Shown here in pieces: positions 54,268-64,000 of a stretch of DNA of 64,000 nt. A program made the translations under genes and the position numbers. Source of the stretch: Felis catus (taxonomy: Eukaryota); the NCBI RefSeq assembly GCF_018350175.1, contig NC_058368.1, positions 25,670,001 through 25,734,000 on the forward strand. Direction: 5' to 3'. The stretch's first letter is position 1; each line of letters starts with the position of its first letter. The notes under the pieces were generated by a model. The model was given only the letters and a program-made list of their open reading frames with translations. It was not told the origin of the DNA and searched no databases.

Positions 54268-55291
54268 ATTTGATTTTATTATATGAAATTTATTGTCAAA
54301 TCAGTTTCCATATAACACCCAGTGCTCATCCCAAAAGATGCCCTCTCCAATGCCCATCACCTACCCTCCCCTCCCTCCCACCCCCCATCAACCCTCAGTT
54401 TGTTCTGTTTGTTTGTTTTTTTTAATTTTTTTTTCAACGTTTATTTATTTTTGGGACAGAGAGAGACAGAGCATGAACGGGGGAGGGGCAGAGAGAGAGG
54501 GAGACACAGAATCGGAAACAGGCTCCAGGCTCTGAGCCATCAGCCCAGAGCCTGACGCGGGGCTCGAACTCATGGACCGCAAGATCGTGACCTGGCTGAA
54601 GTCGGACGCTTAACCGACTGCACCACCCAGGCGCCCCTGTTCTCAGTTTTTAAGAGTCTCTTATACTTTGGCTCTCTCTCCCACTCTAACCTTTTTTTTT
54701 TTTTCCTTCCCCTCCCCCATGGTTTTCTGTTAAGTTTCTCAGGATCCACATAAGAGTGAAAACATATGGTATCTGTCTTTCTCTGTATGGCTTATTTCAC
54801 TTAGCATCACACTCTCCAGTTCCATCCACGTTGCTACAAAGGGCCATATTTCATTCTTTCTCATTGCCACATAGTACTCCATTGTGTACATAAACCACAA
54901 TTTCTTTATCCATTCATCAGTTGATGGACATTTAGGGTCTTTCCACGATTTGGCTATTGTTGAGAGTGCTACTATAAACATTGGGGTATGAGTGCCCCTG
55001 TATCCCTTGGGTAAATTCCTAGCAGTGCTAGTGCTGGGTCATAGGGTAGGTCTATTTTTAATTTTCTGAGGAACCTCCACACTGTTTTCCAGAGTGGCTG
55101 CACCAGTTTGCATTCCCACCAACAGTGCAAGAGGGTTCCCGTTTCTCCACATCCTCTCTAGCATCTGTAGTCTCCTGATTTGTTCATTTTGGCCACTCTG
55201 ACTGGCGTGAGGTGATATCTGAGTGTGGTTTTGATTTGTATTTTCCTGATGAGGAGCGATGTTAAGCATCTTTTCATGTGCCTGTTGGCCA
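54268..55291 (-). mobile_element. 5'-truncated cat-type L1 (interrupted by a SINE)
   Basis: Peptides MFIVALSTIAKSWKDPKCPSTDEWIKKLW... and [20 protein letters not shown] tcttagatccttctttt at 54251 and 55292. Confidence 0.95.
54407..54636 (-). mobile_element. Young SINEC_Fc-type SINE nested in the L1 3'UTR
   Basis: Interrupts accctcagtttgttct / tgttctcagtttttaagagtctc. Confidence 0.93.
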
Positions 55292-55304
55292 TCTTAGATC
55301 CTTC

Positions 55305-55308
<4 letters not shown>

Positions 55309-55335
<27 letters not shown>

Positions 55336-55541
55336 TTCAACTTTTTATTTATTTTTGGGACAGAGAGAGAGAGAGCATGAACGGGGGAGGGGCAGAGAGA
55401 GAGGGAGACACAGAATCGGAAACAGGCTCCAGGCTCTGAGCCATCAGCCCAGAGCCTGACGCGGGGCTCGAACTCACAGACCGCGAGATCGTGACCTGGC
55501 TGAAGTCGGACGCTTAACCGACTGCGCCACCCAGGCGCCCC
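55309..55541 (-). mobile_element. Young SINEC_Fc-type SINE
   Basis: TSD agatccttctttt at 55296 and 55542. Confidence 0.95.
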
Positions 55542-55744
55542 AGATCCTTCTTTTAAAAACACGATTGCAACAGACATTTATTTAAAATCGTCTCTGTAGC
55601 CTAAGACCCTCACCTTTAAGTCTACTGCTCATCTCTATTCAAAATCCTAGCCCACACAATTACTGGCTCATATTACAAATAAAAAATGATAATAATGGTA
55701 AATAATAAACTTAAAAATAAAAAAATAAAATAAAGAAGAATGAA

Positions 55745-55930
55745 AAGTCACTAATGTTTACTAAGCATTAACTTGTGCCAGGCACTTTTCTTATTGTTGT
55801 ATCTAATTTACAAATGGAGAAACTGAAGTTTGGCAAAGTATGCCTAAGGTTTCAGAGCTCCTAATAGGAGACTGAGGAGGGTTTTAACTGAACAGCCAGG
55901 TTCCAGAACCCACTCTCAACTAATACAGCC
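55745..55930 (-). mobile_element. MIR
   Basis: tgtgccaggcact...tttacaaatggagaaactgaag. Confidence 0.6.
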
Positions 55931-57069
55931 TAACATCGTCAATCTCTATTTCTCTTTTCAATCCATTTTGAAAAGTTGGAAAATTGTTTTTTCCCCTCCA
56001 TCTGTGAGAAAGTGTTCATCAAACAACCTTATAATATGAATGTGATTCAGAGGTAAATTGTTTAACTTACCTGAAAATGTTTTTTTTTAAGAAACAGTAG
56101 GACAAAATGTTTATATATGTAAGTAATTGATACATCTAAAACTTCTTCAGCTATTCACTCAAAGATTCCCCAAAAACCTCCAAGTTTTTTTCCTCTGATT
56201 TCTTACTTTGAAGTAATAATAATGACTTTTCTTAAAGCCACTATGAATAAGAAAATAAATTCCAAGCTGCCTTTAGATGAAACGTGTGACCCTTTCCTTT
56301 TTGAGGCAGCCAGCAAGAAGGGAGGGAGGTACATAAAGAGAACTGACGTCGTATCATTTTAATTTTTTGATGATTATCCATGGCAAGGATCACTGAAGAG
56401 ACTGACAATCCACCAATACAAAAATGTATTTCTAAAAACAAAGTCATGTTTTCTGCATGTAACTATATCCTTCTAAAGAAAATATTAAGACATGTGAAAA
56501 ATAATTGAATAATTTTATTGAATAAAAATTTGTTCAAGTAGTACATTAAAAAAGTTAATAGGCCTCAATAATACACACATACAAAATAACAATTCAATCC
56601 ACTTCACTACAAACACACAAAACTAAAAAACAAAAAAAAAAAACACAAAAAAAAACAACTAAAATGGCCACTTTTCACAGGAAATAAACCATACTGACTA
56701 AATTAAATCAGTGTATCATTAAGAGAAAATGTACTTATTAAAAATTAGATTTCAAAAAAATTAGATTTCAACATCAAAGGAAATAAAGCATGGAGAGAAA
56801 AGTGTGGTTCAATATGTAGATCAATTCTTCCACATAAGTATTTAGCCAGCTTAAAAATAAACATTCATCAATTCCCTAGAACTTTTTGAGGAATAAAACA
56901 TATATATATTTCTACATATATAAAATTTTAGCGATACACCTAAAATAGACACATAATCTTGAGTCTAAAATAGAGACAAACATTCTACAATGAAACTGAA
57001 AAAAAAAAACAAAAACCTGTGTATTTTGTAAAAGTCACCCATGAACCAGTTTTAAAAATAAAGGGCTCT

Positions 57070-57245
57070 GGGGCACCTGGGTGGCTCAGGTGGTTAAGTG
57101 TCCGACTCTTAGATTTCAGCTCAGGTCATGATCCCAGAGTTGTGGGACTGAGACCCACGTTCGGGCTCCACACTGAGCGTGGAGCCTGCTTAGGATTCTG
57201 TCTCTCTCTTTTTCTCTCTCAAAATAAATAAATTAACATTAAAAA
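57070..57245 (+). mobile_element. Can-SINE
   Basis: TSD aaaaataaagggctct. Confidence 0.9.
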
Positions 57246-59111
57246 AATAAAGGGCTCTAATGTAGAAATCTAGACAATATAGAGATAACTGAAAAATAAT
57301 TCAGGAATAGATGACATGATCAGAAAACTAGAAAAAAACATAATGGATTTTACAACTAATACTAAGGTTAAACAGCAGGGGAATTAGCTGTAAAACAGAA
57401 TGTTAACCTTTAAAGCCTCAATAAAATGAAAATTAACCACTAAATCCTGAGAAATTGTGTTTTGAGAAAAATAACTCCTAATTTTTCATAAAAGAGAATT
57501 AACAAGTTTGTCAAAAAGTGGAACCTGGAGTTGAAACAAACAAACACAATGACTCCAATCCCCAAGGTCCTCCCTTCTCAAATCTACAGCCCCACCCTCC
57601 AACTATAGAAGCAGCTCTCGGGAACTCTGATTTTTTATGGGAAAGAAGCATTTATTTGACATTCAATAGTTCTTTCTATTCTCTTTCTTCTCTCACTTCA
57701 AGTAAGTTAACTATACTTGTTCTTACTCCCTATAATCATGGGCTAAATCAAAGCTCCCACTGAAACCACTATAAAAGCTGAATAAAATCTTAAAAATATC
57801 AAAAAGACCACAAGATAATAGGTCATCTCCAAATATAGGGAAAATCAGAATCCATGAGGTTATGGGTCAATCCAGAGAAAAAAATGAAACCTTGTGTTTA
57901 GATAATCTCCAAAAGAAAGCAGCAGGAGGAAGGAACAGAAATCAAAACCCAGAGCTGCACAAGGTGGAAAGCCTAACGGGTCTCTTACCATAAAAAAATT
58001 AAAATTCCAAAGGACCATACCCTCAAGGAGAGGGTAAACAGGATGTGGAAAAATCCATGATGAACCACAACCAGGATGACCCCCAAGTCCTAGTTTCCCA
58101 AAGACATTCTCGTTTATGACACTTGTATTTACTATCAAAAATGCTCCAGGTGGATGGTATGTTACATGGTCACCCTAACGATGCTCTAGTTTCAATCCTC
58201 TGGCTCTCCTATCAAAAAAATGTCAAGCCTTAATTAAACACGGTGTAAGTGTGGCTGTAGTGGACTGTCTCTGAAGATGACATCAAGTCCTCCATCTCTG
58301 AATAAGGAAAATTCTTATAGATTCAACAACAAGAACCAAATAGGATATCTAGAAACAAAAAATACAATAAGTAAAATTTAAACCTCACTGGATGAGTTTA
58401 AACAGCAGACTAGACACAACTGAAGAAAACTTTAGTGAGCTGAAATATAAGAAAAATAGACTTTCCACAACATAGCATGAAAAGAATACAGGTGGAAAAA
58501 TCAGAAAAGGGATATAAAATGTAGAGCGAAAAGGCTGAGCATATGTTTAAAATATTAGTAGTGCAATCCGTATCTCAGAAGGAGGGGAAAAAAAGAAATG
58601 GAACAAAGGCAACATTTAAAGGGATGGTGTCTGAAATTTTTTAACAGAAGAAAACTAGCAATCAGTAGATACAAGAGTCTCAATGAATCTCAGGTACCTT
58701 ATATAAAAAGAAATCGGGACTTAGATATATATTAAAACTTTAGAAATTAAATGTAAAGAAAAAAATGTTAAGTAGCCACAGAGAACAAAAAGATTACCTT
58801 CAAAGAAGCTGCAGTAAAACTAAGCAGAATTCTCCATGACAAAAACAACTCAAGGCTGTCAACTATCTTTGATGGTTGAGTGAAAGTATCTGCCAACCTA
58901 TAATTCTATACTCAGCAAAAACACAAGTTACCAGTATCAGGAATGAAAATGAAGGCATTATTACAAATTTATAGACATTTTAAAAGAAAACAAGTGGAAA
59001 TTTATGTAAATAAATTTGACAATTTAGATAAAATGAAGAAAGTCAAAACTGACCAAAATGACACAAGAAGATATAGGAGATCCCAAAAGTCCTACAAATA
59101 AACTGACTTCA

Positions 59112-59515
59112 TGTCGAGAACTGAGAAGGGTTTGACATTTCACCCAAATTACTTGCAAACTAACAAGTTATCCTGCCACGGTTTCATAGATGCTAGCAGG
59201 GGGACATTCTTAGGCCAAGGGAAAAGGACTTTATTATTAACCACAAAACAGCATGGTTCTTACTTTTTATCAGTTGCTTTTATCCCTGCTATCTGCACAT
59301 GGCAGCAACCTACAAGAGGCTCAGGTGGATAATATGCACACAGAGGGTCTGTGTCACCGCTGAGGAACCCCAAGCTTAGAAAATCACCGATCTCATGGAG
59401 GCTGCCAGCAAGCCTAACAAACCTTTGCCCTGTAGGGAGACCCTACTTCTGAATTTCAAGGCTTTTTGTTATACAAACATCCTTAAAAGGATAGCCTAAG
59501 ACAAGAACGATCACA
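59112..59515 (-). mobile_element. Solo LTR (ERVL-class, LTR40-like) inserted in the old L1
   Basis: TG...CA bounded, higher-GC block interrupting L1 text; tacttgcaaactaacaagttatcctgccacggtttcat resembles LTR40 from memory. Confidence 0.5.
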
Positions 59516-59576
59516 TGATATGTAGAAATGCTATAAAGAATTGCTTTCAACTCCATAATCAAAAATTTGCCCACAG

Positions 59577-59731
59577 GAGCACCTGGGTGGTTCAGTCAGT
59601 TAAGCATCCAACTTTGGCTCAGGTCATGATCTCACGGCTCACGGGTCTGAGCCCCATGTCGGGCTCTGTGCTGACAGCTCAGAGCCTGGAGCCTGCTTCA
59701 GATTCTGTGTCTCCCTCTCTCTGTCCCTCCC

Positions 59732-59776
<45 letters not shown>

Positions 59777-59800
59777 AATAAATAAATGTTAAAAAAAGAT
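59577..59800 (+). mobile_element. Can-SINE (felid type)
   Basis: Full body, long (CT)n. Confidence 0.9.
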
Positions 59801-61114
59801 TTTTTTTTAATTTGACCACCAAAAAAATTCCATTTCTTAGTTAGACAAATTGGCAAATTCCACTAAATATTTAAGGATAAAAAAAAAATCTTATAGTCTT
59901 ACAAAAAATCTTCTTGGTTACAAGAATAAAGAAAGATCACTTTCCTGACTCATTTTATGACGACAGTGTAACCTTGATACCAAAACCTAATAAAAACATT
60001 AGGAGAAAGGAAATTTATGGGCCAATTTCATTCATGAATACAAATGTAAAAATATGGAACAAAAGATAAGCAAACTGAATCTAGCAATATTTAAAAGTAT
60101 AATAAATCAAAGCCAAGTTAGAATTATTTCAGTAATGAAACAGCAATTTTAAAAATCAACACAGTTTTCCAAATAAGATAAATTTTATAATTTCATTAGC
60201 TCTCAATACAGAAAAAATATTTGATAAAATTCATCATTCATTCATTGACATGCTGAGCAAAACTAGGAAGAAACAGGAATTTCCCTTATCTGATGAAGAC
60301 TACCTACCCAAAACAACAAACTATCTAGAACCTACAGCAAACATACCTAAAAATGAAATGTTAAATAGACATGACCCCATTACTACCCCCAACTAGTACA
60401 ATAAGGCAAGAAAAAGAAATAAAAGGTATGATATTTGGAAGGACACAAAACCGAGGTTTTACTCACAGATTTTTATGATTATGTAGATATAAAAATTTTG
60501 TAAATCTATAGATAAGCTATTAGAATGAATAAGGCAGTTGAGCAAGGTTGATGAATATAAGGTCAACATTAAAATTCAACTGTATTTCTATATACCAGAA
60601 ACAAAGTGATGACAATCTTTTTAAAGAGATACATAACACAGTAATGTCAAAAATAATCAAATATCTAGAAATAATAAAAATATATAAGATATCTATAGAG
60701 AAAACTATAAAAATTTTCAAGAAAAATTACAGGCCTCACAAATATTCATATATTGCAAGAGTCATTTTTAAGACATTAATTTTTCTTAAGTTGCTATACA
60801 GATTCAATACAATTCCAATAAAAAAATAAATCAGTCAAGTGTTTATGGAAGATTTCAAGCTGATTTTAAAATTTACATAGTAATGCAGAAGGGCCAAGAA
60901 TAACTAAGATACTCCTGAAGAACAAGGGGGGAAGGGGCTGGCTCTCCTGGATATCAAGACTTACTATATGATAGGGTAAGAAAGTTGTTCAGTAAAGCAC
61001 AAAGATAAATGAATCAACTAATGGAACAGATACGGAGTCTAAAAACAGACTCTGCTTCAATAAATAACTTATGGCAAAGGTGACATGGCATAACAGTTGA
61101 GAAAATGATATTCT

Positions 61115-61298
61115 TTTTTTTTTAAGTTTTATTTATTTATTGGGGGCGGGGGGCAGATACAAAGGGAGAGAGAGAATCTTCACCAGGCACTGTCAGCACA
61201 AAGCCCAACATAGGGCTTGAACTCACACACCGTGAATTCACGATATGAGCCGAAATCAAGAGTTGGACAGTCAACCAACTGAGCCACCCAGGTGCCCC
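61115..61298 (-). mobile_element. Can-SINE
   Basis: Reverse-complement SINE body. Confidence 0.85.
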
Positions 61299-61773
61299 AA
61301 AAACTCATAGTCTTTTAAAAGGTACACGATATTCCATATGGAGGAAAGATAAAATTTGACCACTATCTCACACCATAGAGAAAAAAACAATTCCAGGTAA
61401 GCTGTAGATCTAAATGTGAAAGACAAGACAGAAAAGCTTCTGGAAAGTGCTACAAAAATACCTTCATGATCTTGGATACTGCAATGGGACACAAAAAGCA
61501 CAAACCATAAAAGACTAATAAAGTGGAATGTACCAAAGATAACAACTTCTGTTCATCAAAAGACACATTTAAGGGAATGAAAAGGGGAGCCACAGAATAA
61601 AAGGCACTTGTAACCCATATAACTGAGGGCATATAAAGAACTACAACTCAAAAAACAAAAAGTCAACCCAGTAAAAACTAGGTAAGCAATCTAAACAAGC
61701 ATTTCATAAAACAGGAAATCCAAATGGACAACAGACACGTGAAAAGGACTCCACTAGACATCAGGGAAACGCT

Positions 61774-61955
61774 GGGGTCCCTGGGTGGCTCAGTCACTTA
61801 AGTGTCAGACTCTTGATTTCAGCTCATGTATCTCAGGGTTCATGAGCCCAACATACAGGTCTGTGCTAACCTTGGGATTCTCTCTCTCTCCCTCTCTTTG
61901 CCTGTCCCCTATTTGCATTCTCACAAGTGTGCATGATCTCTCAAAATAAACTTAA
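61774..61955 (+). mobile_element. Can-SINE (degenerate)
   Basis: atcagggaaa flanks. Confidence 0.8.
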
Positions 61956-62337
61956 GAAATCAGGGAAATGTCAAATCAACCCACAATGAGAAATTACTAC
62001 ACATTCATTGTAACAGTTAACATTAAAAACAAAAATTAGACAATGCTATTGGAGAAGAGTTGAAACAAAAAGAACTCACGTACATTGCTGACAGGAATAT
62101 AAACTGGTATGACTCCTTTGAAAAACAGTTTGGGCTTATCAACTAGAAGAAAAAATAAATATACCCTGTGACCAAACAGAGTCCACACTTACGAATATGC
62201 CTTTTAAAAATGTATGCACCAGGGCAATTATACAAATATGATAGCACTGATAATGAGCCACAAACTACAAACACGGCAAATATCCACTAATAGTAAAAAT
62301 GGATAAACTGCGTTAAATATATACTTTGGAATACAGC

Positions 62338-62495
<158 letters not shown>

Positions 62496-62845
62496 TGTAG
62501 ATCAGTCTTAGAAAACAATGTTCAGTGACAAAAGCCAAACTAAAAAAGAGTGCATATTGTAGGATTCCTTTTTAACGATCATAAACAAAGTAAAATATAC
62601 AGAATAGGAATGAAGACTTAAATGCTAAAATCATGAAAGAAAATCAAACTGATTATCATAAATGTCAATGATAACGGATACCTCTGTGGAGGAAGGAGTG
62701 TACTATGATGGAGGAAGGATACCCAGCAGCTTCTGAAGAACTGGTCTTGTTCTATTCCAACTGTTTATGTTAATGTATCTTTTCTGCATGTGTTAGTGTT
62801 TGCTTTTTCTAATGTTTGTTAAATTATCTATATTCTTATTTTTAG

Positions 62846-63968
62846 AAATAGCCACTCAGGAAAATTTTGGCAGTTTCTTATGAAATTTAACACGTAATTA
62901 CCATACGACCCAGCAAATGCACTCTTGGGCGTTTATCCCAGAGAAATGAAAACTTATGCTTACGCAAAAATCTATACACAAATGTTCATAGCAGCTTTAT
63001 TTGTAGTAGCAAAAAACTGGAAACAACACAGATGTCCTTCAATGAGTGACTAAATTGCGGTGCATCCATACCATGGAACACCCAGTGAAAGAAAGAAATG
63101 AACTACTGAAGCGTGTAAAACCTTGGATGAATCTCCAGGGAATTTAAGTGGGGAAAAAAAAGTACTTACATAATTTTTTAAATGATAAAATTATAGAAAT
63201 GGAATTAGCTATCAGGGAAATACAAATCAAACCCACAATGAGACTATTTCACACTCACTAGGATGGCTGTAATAAAAAGGACAGACTCTATCAAGTGTTG
63301 GTGAAGAGGTAGAGAAATCAGAACCCTCATACACTGCTAGTGGGAATGAAAAATGGCACAGTTGCCATGGAAAAGTCTGGCAGTTCTTCAAAAGGTTTAA
63401 CATAATGTTACTATATGACCTAGCATTCTACTCCTAGGTATATACTCAAGAGATCCAAAAACATAAGTTCATAAAAAACCTGTACACAAACGCTCTGAAG
63501 CAGCATTATTCATAATAGCCCCAAAGTGGAAACAATCCAAATGCCCATCAACTAATGAATGGATAAATAAAATATGGCATATCCATATGATGGAATATTA
63601 TTCAGCAATAAAAAACTGAAGCATTAATGGTAAATCATGGATGAAACCTGGAAATATTATGCTAAGTGAACAATGCCAGTCACAAAAGACCAAATATGTA
63701 TTGTATGATTCCATTTATGTGAACTGTCCAGAACAGTTAAATATAGCAAGACAGAAAGTAGGTTAGTGTTTGCCTTGGCTTAGGGGACTGGAGTGAGAAT
63801 AACAGGTGACTGCTTATATATGGGGTTTCTTTTGGGGGTGATAAAAATGTTCTTAAAAAGACTGTGGTGCTGGGTACATGTCTCTGAATATACTAAAAAA
63901 CACTGACTTTAAATGGGTAAGTTGTATGGTATATGAATTATACCTCAATAAAGCTGTTATATAAAAAA
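62846..63968 (+). mobile_element. Two tandem old L1 (L1MB/MC-type) 3' ends (about 62846-63205 and 63208-63968)
   Basis: The ttaccatacgacccagca / ttactatatgacctagca and ggaaacaa...atg(t/c)cc landmarks occur twice; ends with tacctcaataaagctg. Confidence 0.8.
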
Positions 63969-64000
63969 AGACAATATAATGAAAATACTCCTTTTCATTT

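Noticed and set aside
56064..56073. Perfect minus-strand donor (CAG|GTAAGT) as a cryptic GTF2F2 exon
   Set aside because: Isolated consensus donors are expected in 64 kb, and no matching acceptor or coding signal was established.
56741..56772. Short tandem duplication aaaattagatttcaa x2 (similar case at about 45556-45590)
   Set aside because: Ordinary slippage or micro-duplication with no further structure.

Overview
Mammalian genomic DNA, almost certainly from a felid: the carnivore Can-SINEs include the young cat-type SINEC_Fc subfamily, and cat-type L1 is present. The species cannot be resolved from sequence alone. The whole window lies inside GTF2F2 (TFIIF beta/RAP30), transcribed on the minus strand. 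Only one 82-nt GTF2F2 coding exon is present (26738-26819, peptide DKLSLEGIVVQRAECRPAASENYMRLKR). Nested antisense in the adjacent intron is KCTD4, with an uninterrupted 259-aa CDS at 43520-44299 (+), a clear 3' splice site at 43334/43335 and a candidate non-coding first exon ending at 34176. The rest is intron with about 49 SINEs, several L1 fragments, L2/MIR, LTRs, DNA-transposon relics and microsatellites. I found no convincing new biological system. The best leads are: a 67-nt palindrome that pairs fully only on the GTF2F2-sense strand; a uORF plus AATAAA/GU-rich module in the KCTD4 5'UTR; inverted L1s flanking the frameshifting GTF2F2 exon; and several unusual retrotransposon insertion architectures. 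Repeat family names and boundaries are by eye from remembered consensus sequences and are approximate.
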